A DNA stretch of 64,000 bases from an uncultured Mycoplasmatota bacterium (lineage in GTDB: Bacteria; Bacillota_I; Bacilli_A; RF39; UBA660). Made by a program: the position numbers and the translations under genes. Positions 18,824-28,666 of this stretch are shown in pieces. The stretch spans positions 6,685 through 70,684 of the forward strand of contig CAMSCJ010000007.1 in assembly GCA_947056845.1 (NCBI GenBank), read 5' to 3'. The notes under the pieces are model-generated. The model was given only the letters and a program-made list of their open reading frames with translations, was not told the DNA's origin and made no database searches. How positions within the stretch are numbered: the stretch's first letter is position 1; every line of letters begins with the position of its first letter.

Positions 18824-18831
18824 TAAAATTC

Positions 18832-20184
18832 CTACTTTCCGACTAATTCTTTAAATAAATTACCCTTTTCTTCAAAGTTTTTAAATTGGTTATAACTAGA
18901 AGCTGCTGGGGATAGTAAGCAAATCATCCCTTTTTTCGTAACTTGTTTAGCAATTGAAACAGCTTGTTCCATATTTTCAGCCTTATAAACATTTTTATTT
19001 GTTATTTGGCTACCTATTGTATAGCCGGTATCAGGCATACAAATAAGATTTTCGACCGCCGAATTTTTTAAATATTCAACTAATTCTTCGTAATGAATGC
19101 CTCTATCTTTTCCGCCAAAAATTAATGTATTAACAATTCCTAAACTTTCAATCGCATTAATGGTGGCATTAGGAATAGTCGCAATCGCATCATTATAATA
19201 AGTAACACCATCGTATATTCCAACTGGTTCTAATCTGTGTTCTAGTGGAATAAACTCATTGATACTTTTACTAGCCTCTTTATTACTAAGTCCTAAAATA
19301 TAGACAACAGCAAATACTGCCATTACGTTATTTAAATTATGTCGACCGATAAGATTGCGATCATCACTAACGTTATAAATTGGTTTATTTTTACAATATA
19401 TATAATTATCGTCACAATAAATAGTATTAAAATCATGTTTGCCACTGGCAAATTTATATTTAATTAATTGGGCATCGCCCTTTTGTAATTTGACTAAATC
19501 ATCTAAAGTTTTATTATCTTCACAATAGATGGCGTAGTCAATTCTACTTTGATATTCAAACATTTTCATTTTACCTTCATAATAATGTTCAACAGTTCCA
19601 GCGTGGTCTAAGTGTTCTTCAAAAAGATTTAAAATAATACCAATATGTGGTGAAGTTCTAATAAATTCTAATTGGGCAATAGACATTTCGATAACGACTT
19701 TAGTTGAATCTTTTATATCATCTAAATAATCAAAAACAGGCGTTCCAATATTACCAAGTAGTAAGGTATCAACATTTTGATCTTTTAATACCTTATATAA
19801 CATCGAAGCAGTTGTACTTTTTCCCTTTGTACCTGTTACACCAATAATTTGATCACGAAAGCATTCTAAAACAATTTCAATTTGTGAAGTGATATTATTT
19901 TCAAAACGTGAAACATCGATATCTTTTAAAGAGATACCAGGAGATTTAATAATTACATCATAATCACGTAAATTATCTAAATAATTATAACCTGCAATAA
20001 CTCTTGTTAAAGTATCGCCTCTTAAAAATTCATTTTCTCCAACTAAATTTTCATTTTGGTCTAAAACAAATAATTTAAAATTAGGATTATGTTTTCTAAT
20101 ATAATTAAATGTTGATTTTCCTTCTTTACCAAAACCTAAGATGGCAACTTTTTTTCCTGTTAAAAAATCAATTACTTTATTCAT
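18832..20184 (-). CDS. murD: UDP-N-acetylmuramoylalanine--D-glutamate ligase
   Basis: GVTGTKGKSTTASM P-loop and MurD-type N-terminal Rossmann fold (VAILGFGKEGKS). Confidence 0.9.
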   Translation of the reverse strand: MNKVIDFLTGKKVAILGFGKEGKSTFNYIRKHNPNFKLFVLDQNENLVGENEFLRGDTLTRVIAGYNYLDNLRDYDVIIKSPGISLKDIDVSRFENNITSQIEIVLECFRDQIIGVTGTKGKSTTASMLYKVLKDQNVDTLLLGNIGTPVFDYLDDIKDSTKVVIEMSIAQLEFIRTSPHIGIILNLFEEHLDHAGTVEHYYEGKMKMFEYQSRIDYAIYCEDNKTLDDLVKLQKGDAQLIKYKFASGKHDFNTIYCDDNYIYCKNKPIYNVSDDRNLIGRHNLNNVMAVFAVVYILGLSNKEASKSINEFIPLEHRLEPVGIYDGVTYYNDAIATIPNATINAIESLGIVNTLIFGGKDRGIHYEELVEYLKNSAVENLICMPDTGYTIGSQITNKNVYKAENMEQAVSIAKQVTKKGMICLLSPAASSYNQFKNFEEKGNLFKELVGK

Positions 20185-21542
20185 AGTATCCTCTCCTTAA
20201 CTAGTTTAGCAAAATGTTCTTCTAAATTGTTTTGATTATTATAACTTTTTAAAACATTATCATCAACAGGTACTAGACCATGTTCATTAAAATAGAATTG
20301 TAATAAACTAGGTAATTCTTTATGTAATTCAAAATACGCATAAATACTTTTATTGACAGCGTAAATAACTTCATCATAAGTTCCAACACACTCAAATGGC
20401 TTATTAGCGCTTTCACCAATTAAACCAATAAAATCATTTAATAGAGATTCTTTATTAAGTAGATTTTCACCAAATATATTAATTAATTCTTCTTCACTTA
20501 AAAAGGGACTTAAAATTATATAAATGAATAAACACTTAGAACAATTTAAGCACCACTCCCAATTAGAACCTTTACTTCCTAAATTACAACTTTTAAAAAC
20601 AGAATGATAGTTTTTAAGTTTAGAAAAAAGATAGGCAATTTGTAATTCTTTTAGGGGTCTTAATAAACTAAAATATTTAATATTATCACTAAAATATTTA
20701 GTAGTATAATTATAAAAATCGGATTCAAATTCAAAACTTTTGGAATACTGATGATTAACGTCCTTACCTTTAACATAACTTTCATTAGCGCTTTCTTCAT
20801 TAGATAATACAATATATTTTTTACCCGATAAGTAAGCTACTAAATAAGAAATAAAGGCAATTATAGAGCTTATTGGTATATGACCATTTAAAAATCCTAA
20901 ATTATTAAGTTTAATAATTTTGTCTCTATCAATAATTCTATCAATACAATAAATATCTTCATCACTATACCCTGATATTCTAGCGCATTCAAGCATTGGT
21001 CCTTTAGCGTTCATTAAAAAGCAAGCATTATTACTTTCTTTTTCTAATATACTTAAACTAACACACGAGTCTTTTCCCCCACCAACATTAATTAGATTTC
21101 CATTACTTTCAAATGTTCGCTTTTTAAATTCTTCAGTTTTTGTTTCAATAATAAAATTTACTAGATTATTCTCATCAATTTCAATATTATTTCGATATAA
21201 TAATTCACCTAAACCATGATAATAAAGCTTTTTAAACCAATTAATTTGCTCTGCATTTAAATACCCGCATTTAATTATAATATTTTTAGTACAAACACTT
21301 TTATAATAACTAATTGCCTCTATTAAACCAATATGGAAAATAATAAAGTTAATAAAGTCATTGTCAATATTATCCCTTTTAATAATTTTTTTAGGAATAA
21401 TAATTTTATGACTGAAGGTTTCTAATTTAGGGATACTAAAGTTATATATAATTTCTAGTTTGTCATCATACTCATTAATTTTATAATCATCATAAATAAA
21501 ATCGGGATAGGTCTCTCTAAACTCTAAAAATTTTTCGTTCAT
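20181..21542 (-). CDS. PP-loop superfamily ATP pyrophosphatase-like protein of unknown function
   Basis: 453 aa. Central NVGGGKDSCVSLSIL (SGGxDS-type PP-loop) and a later CLNCSKC cysteine pair. Its stop overlaps the murD start (ATGA). Confidence 0.6.
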   Translation of the reverse strand: MNEKFLEFRETYPDFIYDDYKINEYDDKLEIIYNFSIPKLETFSHKIIIPKKIIKRDNIDNDFINFIIFHIGLIEAISYYKSVCTKNIIIKCGYLNAEQINWFKKLYYHGLGELLYRNNIEIDENNLVNFIIETKTEEFKKRTFESNGNLINVGGGKDSCVSLSILEKESNNACFLMNAKGPMLECARISGYSDEDIYCIDRIIDRDKIIKLNNLGFLNGHIPISSIIAFISYLVAYLSGKKYIVLSNEESANESYVKGKDVNHQYSKSFEFESDFYNYTTKYFSDNIKYFSLLRPLKELQIAYLFSKLKNYHSVFKSCNLGSKGSNWEWCLNCSKCLFIYIILSPFLSEEELINIFGENLLNKESLLNDFIGLIGESANKPFECVGTYDEVIYAVNKSIYAYFELHKELPSLLQFYFNEHGLVPVDDNVLKSYNNQNNLEEHFAKLVKERIL

Positions 21543-21801
21543 AAATTTGCTCCTTTACAATAAAAGATTATTATAGGAAAAAATTATAAATTACTATCCT
21601 ATTAATAATCTTAATTTAAATCTTGGTTAAATAAAAAAGATGGTAATTTTTTGATTTTAACAATATACACTATATTCCTAAACCAATAATTCATATAATT
21701 ATATTACCATACTTAGTAAAATTTAACAATATTTTTAACTAAATTAATTAGCTAGTTAACATTATAAAAATTATATATAAATTCATATATTAAACTTTTT
21801 T

Positions 21802-22929
21802 GTGCAAAATATATATGGTGATTATATGGTAAAAATAAAATTTGATAAACAGTTACTAATAATTTTATTTATATTAGCCATTATTAGTATTTTAACAATT
21901 TATAGTGCTCAAAATATACTACCAAATTATTTAGATAATTTATATATAAAACAGTTATTATGGTATATTTTAGGTTTTTTTATTGTTTTCTTAATTATGA
22001 AAATTAATTTGAATTGGCTATACGACCATATATGGATTTTTTATATTATCGGCAATATTATGCTTTTGCTTCTTTTAATAGTCGGTAAACCAGTTAATGG
22101 CGCTAAATGTTGGTTTCAAATTTATGGAATCGGTTCTGTCCAACCTAGTGAATTTATGAAGTTAATTTTAATTATATTGCTAGCTAAAGAAATGGAAATT
22201 TTCAATAAAGAAAATAAAAATCCAACTAATTTAGACGAATTTAAATTTTTAGTAAAAGTTTTATTAATCGTTTTAATACCAAGTGTTTTAACCTTTTTAG
22301 AACCAGATACCGGCAATGTTTTAATTTATTTTTTGATTACTATGATTATTTTATTAGTTGGCGGTATTAGATATCGTTGGTATTTATTTTTATTATTTAT
22401 TATAGCAGGTGTTGTTTTAGCAATTATTGGTTTATACTTTTTTAATTTAAATTTATTTAAAAAAATATTAGGTGATGATTTCTTCTTAAGAATTAATCGT
22501 TTACTTGATTGGTCAAATAAGGATGGTTATCAACTAGAAAAAGGTTTAGTATCCATAGGTAGTGGTGGCCTATTTGGTACAGGTATAAAAAATGTTCCCC
22601 TATATTTTCCAGAAGCACAAACCGATTTTATTTTTGCAGTTTATGCTAGTAGTTTTGGCTTTATTGGATCAATTATACTAATTGCTTTGTTAATTGCGTT
22701 CGACATAAAACTAATAAATATAGCTAAAAATACTAAAGAAAAAATTAATAAATATTTCATAGCCGGTGTTATAGGCATGTTAATTTTTCAACAATTTCAA
22801 AATATTGGTATGACATTTGGATTAATGCCAATTACAGGCATTACCTTACCATTTATTAGTTATGGAGGATCTAGTTTAATTCTTTTTATGATTATGATTG
22901 GGATTATTTTAAATATTTCTAAAGCATAA
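21802..22929 (+). CDS. SEDS family peptidoglycan glycosyltransferase (FtsW/RodA)
   Basis: Ten predicted TM segments and conserved SEDS motifs (EPDTGN, GSGGLFGTG, PEAQTDFIFA, LPFISYGGSS). Confidence 0.85.
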   Translation: MQNIYGDYMVKIKFDKQLLIILFILAIISILTIYSAQNILPNYLDNLYIKQLLWYILGFFIVFLIMKINLNWLYDHIWIFYIIGNIMLLLLLIVGKPVNGAKCWFQIYGIGSVQPSEFMKLILIILLAKEMEIFNKENKNPTNLDEFKFLVKVLLIVLIPSVLTFLEPDTGNVLIYFLITMIILLVGGIRYRWYLFLLFIIAGVVLAIIGLYFFNLNLFKKILGDDFFLRINRLLDWSNKDGYQLEKGLVSIGSGGLFGTGIKNVPLYFPEAQTDFIFAVYASSFGFIGSIILIALLIAFDIKLINIAKNTKEKINKYFIAGVIGMLIFQQFQNIGMTFGLMPITGITLPFISYGGSSLILFMIMIGIILNISKA

Positions 22930-22955
22930 AAAAATAATTTATCGATTGGGATAAA

Positions 22956-23366
22956 TTATTTTAATATTTTGTTATTGGCAGGACAATCTAATCCTACATC
23001 ATTATTATGTAGTGATGATTCTATCTTTCCAACAACATTATTTTGAGGGAATTTAATATAAAAAATTGAACTTAAATCCACTTCATTTCCTTTAGAGTCT
23101 GTAACAGGAGCAACTAATTTGCCATCAGAAACCAAAACAGCAAGTTTAATACAATAACTAGTTCCATCAGTCGATTTATTTTTCTCTTCTAAATATTGTT
23201 GTGAAGCTGTAAGTATTAAGGAATTTAAAGCTTGATCTAATTCTCCACGTGATTTTTTTATTTGATTAATAATTGGTGGAAAAGCTATTAACGCAACAGC
23301 TGCTAAAATTACTATAACACCTAATAATTCTGCTAATGTAAAGCCATTTTTCTTTATAATCTTCAT
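22956..23366 (-). CDS. type IV pilin-like / competence pseudopilin-like protein
   Basis: Class III signal KKNGFTLAELLGVIVILAAVAL (G/F cleavage site, Glu+5). RBS AGGTGA. Confidence 0.65.
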   Translation of the reverse strand: MKIIKKNGFTLAELLGVIVILAAVALIAFPPIINQIKKSRGELDQALNSLILTASQQYLEEKNKSTDGTSYCIKLAVLVSDGKLVAPVTDSKGNEVDLSSIFYIKFPQNNVVGKIESSLHNNDVGLDCPANNKILK

Positions 23367-23422
23367 ATTATCACCTATAATAAGTATACATTTAATCGAA
23401 AAAAAAGTAAAGAAAAAAACAA

Positions 23423-23605
23423 CTATTCTTCAGTTGTTTTTATTACTTCTTTATTTTTGTATGTTCCACATTTTGCGCATACTCTATGTGGTCTTACTGC
23501 TTCTCCACATTTTGGACACTTAACAGTTGAATTCTCTGTAATCTTATAATGTGTACGACGCTTTCTTCCACGTGTCTTGCTTACTTTTCTAAATGGTACA
23601 GCCAT
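23423..23605 (-). CDS. rpmF: 50S ribosomal protein L32
   Basis: [21 protein letters not shown] with a CPKCG...CAKCG zinc ribbon. Confidence 0.9.
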   Translation of the reverse strand: MAVPFRKVSKTRGRKRRTHYKITENSTVKCPKCGEAVRPHRVCAKCGTYKNKEVIKTTEE

Positions 23606-23620
23606 TTTTACACCTCTTTC

Positions 23621-24103
23621 TTATTTTAACAAATCTTTAAGTTTTGCTAACTCGGGATTTATATCTTCTAAATCCTCTGTTACTAATTTCCATCCATCAC
23701 CCTCAATTTTTTCTAAATTGGCATCTGGACTAACAACTCTCATGGGAATTTCCATTAATATATTTTCCCATACAATTGGTAAAATATCAATAGTATTTTC
23801 ACATTTTTTAATTTTTTTTGACATTTCCTGTGCATCTTCAGAAAATATGGTATCAATATTAAAGCTAAATGGATAGTCAACTGGTTTTAAAGTTAGAGCA
23901 CATGGCAAGACCATTTTCCCTTCAATATGAAGTTCAACATGATAATCATCTAAGTTATTTCTATCAATATTTCCAGTTACTTTAACATCTTTTAAGTCAA
24001 TCATATCCGCTCTAGTTATATCATCTTTTGAAAAATTCAATGTATTATCGATTGGAATAAAACTGACAATTGAATTTTTTAACTTCGTAATATCTATATT
24101 CAT
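23621..24103 (-). CDS. yceD: YceD/DUF177 family protein
   Basis: Conserved position upstream of rpmF. Carries the Cys pair and acidic C-terminus typical of DUF177. Confidence 0.75.
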   Translation of the reverse strand: MNIDITKLKNSIVSFIPIDNTLNFSKDDITRADMIDLKDVKVTGNIDRNNLDDYHVELHIEGKMVLPCALTLKPVDYPFSFNIDTIFSEDAQEMSKKIKKCENTIDILPIVWENILMEIPMRVVSPDANLEKIEGDGWKLVTEDLEDINPELAKLKDLLK

Positions 24104-24205
24104 ATTATATCTCCTTTATGCCCATTATGATTATACTCCAAAAAATATATTTTAACAAGTTGTAAAAAAAAAATAGGTGTGTTAATATATAAATGGTGAT
24201 TAACA

Positions 24206-25357
24206 ATGGAAATTATTGGAATTATTTGTGAATATAATCCTTTTCACAACGGTCATTTATATCATATCAAACAAATTAAAAAAAAATTTCCTGATTCAAT
24301 CATTATTTTGGTTATGAGCGGTAATTTCCTAGAGCGTGGTGAAGTTAGTATTATAAATAAATGGGATAAAACTAAAATAGCCCTAAATTATGGTATTAAT
24401 CTTGTTGTAGAACTTCCATTTCAATTTGCAACACAAGCGGCGGATATCTTCGCATTTGGCGCAATTAAAATATTGGAGGCCCTACATGTTGATAAACTAA
24501 TATTTGGTAGTGAATGTAATGATATCCGCTTACTATCAAAATTAGCTGATATTCAATTGGAAAATAGCGAATTTGAAAATAAAGTCAAAGAATATATGGA
24601 TAAGGGAAGCAATTATCCAACTGCTATGTCTAAAGCTCTAAATGATATTACAGGTAGCACAGTTAATAGCCCTAATGATATTTTAGGTTTAAGTTATATT
24701 AAAGAAATAAAAAAGCAAAAAAGTAATATAAAACCAATTACAATTAAACGTACTAGCAATTATAAATCAATTGAGCTTAATAAAAAAATTGTTAGTGCCT
24801 TAAGTATTCGTGAAGCTATAAAAAATAAAATTAGTATTGAAAATTTCGTTCCAAAATATTCTTTAAAATTTATTGATACTAATATTAATATGGATAAATA
24901 TTTTCCCTTATTAAAATACAAAATTATTTCAGAAATAGATAGTTTAAATAAATACCAGTCCGTCGATGAAGGAATTGAAAATCGAATTAAAAAGCAAGTA
25001 TATTTATGTAATAATATGGAAGACTTTATTAAGGCAATTAAAACTAAAAGGTATACTTATAATAAAATTCAAAGAATGCTTATGCATATATTATGTGGTT
25101 TTACTAAAGAGGAAGCAACAAAACTAAAGGAAAATGTTTATGTCCGAATCTTAGGATTTGATGAGACAGGTAAAAAGTATTTAAATGAAATAAAAAAAAC
25201 AATCATGATTCCTGTTATTAGCAATTACTCAACTAGTAGAGGATTACTTGATTTAGAGTTTAGAGTAAACGCTATTTATGCGAGTATATTTGATTATCAA
25301 AAACAATGTGATTTAATAGAATTAGAGCGTCAAAGCAAACCAATTATGAAAATATAG
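24206..25357 (+). CDS. tmcAL: tRNA(Met) cytidine acetate ligase TmcAL (YlbM/UPF0348 nucleotidyltransferase)
   Basis: N-terminal GIICEYNPFHNGHLYHI (HxGH nucleotidyltransferase motif). About 380 aa, as in B. subtilis YlbM. Confidence 0.75.
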   Translation: MEIIGIICEYNPFHNGHLYHIKQIKKKFPDSIIILVMSGNFLERGEVSIINKWDKTKIALNYGINLVVELPFQFATQAADIFAFGAIKILEALHVDKLIFGSECNDIRLLSKLADIQLENSEFENKVKEYMDKGSNYPTAMSKALNDITGSTVNSPNDILGLSYIKEIKKQKSNIKPITIKRTSNYKSIELNKKIVSALSIREAIKNKISIENFVPKYSLKFIDTNINMDKYFPLLKYKIISEIDSLNKYQSVDEGIENRIKKQVYLCNNMEDFIKAIKTKRYTYNKIQRMLMHILCGFTKEEATKLKENVYVRILGFDETGKKYLNEIKKTIMIPVISNYSTSRGLLDLEFRVNAIYASIFDYQKQCDLIELERQSKPIMKI

Positions 25358-25368
25358 TTAAAAAATAT

Positions 25369-26694
25369 CTAACAATAGCTAGATATTTTTTCGTTAAATA
25401 AATTTTTATAATTCTCAATTAAATGGGCGACACTAGCACAACTCATAAAGCATAAGACACAATTATGATAATTAGCTAATTTGAAAATTGTATCTTCAGT
25501 TATTATTTCACCATTTTTTAATTGTTCTAAAATCATTTCTGAGGTTATACCAGGATAATCACTAGCACTCTCTCTATTACAATCAATTGGGGTAATATAG
25601 GTTTTATCAGCTATATTTAAAACATCAATAAATTCTTGTTTAAAATACGCAGTTCTAGAATATGTATTGGGCTTAAAAATCGCAATAAGTTGCTTATCTG
25701 GATATTTTTGACGAGCTGATTCTAATGTTACTTTAATTTCCGTTGGATGATGGGCATAATCATCAATAACAATATTATCGCCCACTTGTTCTTCACAAAA
25801 TCTTCTTTTAGCATTTTTAAAAGTGATTAGTAAATCATGAATAACTTTATAATTAATATTTTGTTCTATACAAATACAAATACTAGCCAAAGTATTTAAT
25901 ATCATGTGATTTCCAAATAGTGGCAATTCAAAATGACCATAGAAATCATTGTTGTAGTAGACGTCAAAGGTACTTCCATTTGTTGTTAAATTTATATTAG
26001 TCGCATATAAATCATTATTTTTATTAAAACCGTAATATATTATTTCCTTATCTGTTTTTATTTTTCTTATATTTTCATCATCACCACAAGCGATAATTTT
26101 TTTAGTAGACTTGTTAGCGAATTTGCTAAATGTAGCTATGATATCGTTAATATCGCTATAACATTCGGTATGCTCTAGTTCAATATTGGTAATAACAGTA
26201 TAGGAGGGATGATAAGCTAAAAAATGTCGATTATATTCACAGGATTCAATTACAAATAAATCGTTTTTTAAATCGGCAAAGCCAGTCCCATCTCCAATAA
26301 AATAATTGCAACCAATTGTATTTTTCAAAATATGACCAATAAGCGACGATGTTGTTGTTTTACCATGTGTTCCACAGACAGCAATCGTCGTAAACATCTT
26401 CGTAATATCACCTAAAATGTCATGATATTTTTTTATTTTTAATCCTAATTCTTGAATACGCTTAATTTCTTTGTGGTCAGGAGCAAAAGCGGCCGAATAT
26501 GTTACAATGGTATCACTACTTAAAATGGCACTATCATCATTATATATTTTTATACCACGTTTCGCTAAACCTTCTTCTGTAAATTTATAATCTTTAACAT
26601 CATCATAACCGATGACTTCATTACCTAAATCATATAATATTTGAGCTAATGTACTCATCCCAGCCCCTTTTATTCCAATACAATAATATTTCAT
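25369..26694 (-). CDS. murC: UDP-N-acetylmuramate--L-alanine ligase
   Basis: MKYYCIGIKGAGMSTLA...AVCGTHGKTTTSSL. Start at 26694 with RBS GAGGTG. Confidence 0.9.
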   Translation of the reverse strand: MKYYCIGIKGAGMSTLAQILYDLGNEVIGYDDVKDYKFTEEGLAKRGIKIYNDDSAILSSDTIVTYSAAFAPDHKEIKRIQELGLKIKKYHDILGDITKMFTTIAVCGTHGKTTTSSLIGHILKNTIGCNYFIGDGTGFADLKNDLFVIESCEYNRHFLAYHPSYTVITNIELEHTECYSDINDIIATFSKFANKSTKKIIACGDDENIRKIKTDKEIIYYGFNKNNDLYATNINLTTNGSTFDVYYNNDFYGHFELPLFGNHMILNTLASICICIEQNINYKVIHDLLITFKNAKRRFCEEQVGDNIVIDDYAHHPTEIKVTLESARQKYPDKQLIAIFKPNTYSRTAYFKQEFIDVLNIADKTYITPIDCNRESASDYPGITSEMILEQLKNGEIITEDTIFKLANYHNCVLCFMSCASVAHLIENYKNLFNEKISSYC

Positions 26695-26792
26695 ACAAAC
26701 ACCTCTATTACCATTATACACGTTTTATTAAAAAATTCTTATATTATTAACAGAAAAATCAATGATTATTTTTATAAGAATTGATAAATCGC

Positions 26793-26824
26793 TTTAAAAA
26801 AGCCACTTTTATTAAGGGGCTTCG
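26793..26824 (-). terminator. intrinsic terminator after the Cys-rich gene
   Basis: Hairpin AAGCC...GGCTT (26800-26822) followed on the minus strand by a U-run. Confidence 0.4.
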
Positions 26825-26830
26825 TATTAA

Positions 26831-27490
26831 TTAATATTCATTTTCTAAAGTTTTATTTAAAAATGTAACTATATCTATTTCTTTATTATTTAATTCTAAA
26901 TTATTACAGCAAGCATTATTTATTAATAATTCACCCTTTAATAAATCATAAGAAACTTCACATTTTTCATCAATTACTTGTTTATTATCTAATAATGTTA
27001 TATTTGGAAAATCAAAATATAAAGCTAATTCATTACCAATATTTTTCTTTTCTATTTTATAAAAGTGGCCACAATAAATGCATAAATGTTTGTTATGAGG
27101 AGTATACGCAAATTTTCCATTATCTGTGTGCAAACCTCCACAATATGGGCATTTACTTGATTCTAATTTGATGTTATTTAATTTAGAAATCATTAACCCA
27201 CCATAATCCTTTAAGTCTATAACACTATTTTCTAATTTTAAAATACCAGTAAATTCTTGGTTATTAATAAATACTTTTACATCAGTACTCTTATTTAAAT
27301 TTGGATAAATAATTTTAATGCTATCAATTTTCTTAGGATGCATCACAACTATATTTTCATACAAATTTTTATACTGACAATCACAAGTAATTGGTTCAGT
27401 TAAATCGCTTTTAGTTGCTTTTGTTTTATGTGTTAAACACCAATGTTCTAATCCTTGATTCTTTTCAATATGTTTTATATTACACTTCAT
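26831..27490 (-). CDS. cysteine-rich hypothetical protein (zinc-ribbon-like CPYCGG...CIYCGH)
   Basis: 219 aa with several CxxC pairs. Confidence 0.55.
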   Translation of the reverse strand: MKCNIKHIEKNQGLEHWCLTHKTKATKSDLTEPITCDCQYKNLYENIVVMHPKKIDSIKIIYPNLNKSTDVKVFINNQEFTGILKLENSVIDLKDYGGLMISKLNNIKLESSKCPYCGGLHTDNGKFAYTPHNKHLCIYCGHFYKIEKKNIGNELALYFDFPNITLLDNKQVIDEKCEVSYDLLKGELLINNACCNNLELNNKEIDIVTFLNKTLENEY

Positions 27491-27505
27491 ATTTACCCTT
27501 ATATG

Positions 27506-27865
27506 TTATCGCTGACGCCCATTATCAACCGTTTTGTCATCATGACCGATTTCCCACATTTGTCGCTCTAATTCTTCCATACCAGGAATTTTTGTATAAT
27601 AATGATTACCAAAAACAGCTCTCCTTTTTAGGTCAAAATATTGACGACATTTGGCGGGATCGCTATTAATTATAGCTTGGCTAGCTAATATAGAAGCACA
27701 TGCTATATACTGTTTTTCACTTATTGGTAGTGGTTCTATTTTAGGTTTCTTTTCAATTTCTTTAAGTAAATCAGGCTGATCCCAGCCCCTATCTTCGATC
27801 ATTTCAGTTATTTTTCTATCGAATCTATTTACATCATTATCCATTTTTCCATCTCCATTCATCAT
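27506..27865 (-). CDS. hypothetical protein (locally GC-rich, about 38 % GC)
   Basis: 119-aa ORF. Composition differs clearly from the flanks. Confidence 0.55.
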   Translation of the reverse strand: MMNGDGKMDNDVNRFDRKITEMIEDRGWDQPDLLKEIEKKPKIEPLPISEKQYIACASILASQAIINSDPAKCRQYFDLKRRAVFGNHYYTKIPGMEELERQMWEIGHDDKTVDNGRQR

Positions 27866-27919
27866 AAATAATAATTTAAATTAGTTATGTTTTTATATTT
27901 ATACATTATAATTTATTAT

Positions 27920-28666
27920 TTAAGCAATTTTTATACCACCATCAACTCGTATAATTTCTCCATCAATATAACGAGCTTTATCAGATGCTAAAAATAATAT
28001 AACATCAGCAATCTCTTCTGGTTCAGCAAATCTCTTTAGTAATATCTTTTCCATTTCTGCTTTTAAATAACTTTTAGATAGGTTATCATTCATACCCGTA
28101 TCAATCCAACTAGGCGCTACCGCATTAACATTAATATGGGGCGCAAATTGTATCGCTAGATTTTTTGTCAGATTGATAAGCGCAGCTTTAGACGCATCAT
28201 AATCAATACTATAAGGATATAAAGTATCAATACCATTAGTTGAGGATACATTAATTATTTTTCCATATTTATTTTCTAACATATATTTGCCAGCATATTT
28301 TGAGGTTAAGAAAACACCTATTAAATTAGTATTAAGCGTTTCTTGCCAATCCTTAACATGGCGATCCTCAAAATCATTATCAATAGCTATTCCTGCGTTA
28401 TTTACAAGTATATCAATGCGACCATACTTTTCTATAATAGTATTAATCATTTTTTTAACATCTTGTTCCTTTGATACATCGGCTTTAATACACATACAAT
28501 TACTATTATAACTTGAAATTATTTCAGTTATAGCCTTAGCCTCATTTTCATTACTTCGATAATTAATGATAACGTTTGCCCCTTCTTTAGCAAATTTGAC
28601 AGCGATACTTCTACCTATTCCACGTGAAGAACCAGTTACCAAGACAACTTTATCTTGAAAATCCAT
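27920..28666 (-). CDS. SDR family oxidoreductase (FabG-like)
   Basis: TGSSRGIGRS cofactor site, NNAG, and the catalytic S...YxxxK triad (YDASKAA). Confidence 0.85.
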   Translation of the reverse strand: MDFQDKVVLVTGSSRGIGRSIAVKFAKEGANVIINYRSNENEAKAITEIISSYNSNCMCIKADVSKEQDVKKMINTIIEKYGRIDILVNNAGIAIDNDFEDRHVKDWQETLNTNLIGVFLTSKYAGKYMLENKYGKIINVSSTNGIDTLYPYSIDYDASKAALINLTKNLAIQFAPHINVNAVAPSWIDTGMNDNLSKSYLKAEMEKILLKRFAEPEEIADVILFLASDKARYIDGEIIRVDGGIKIA

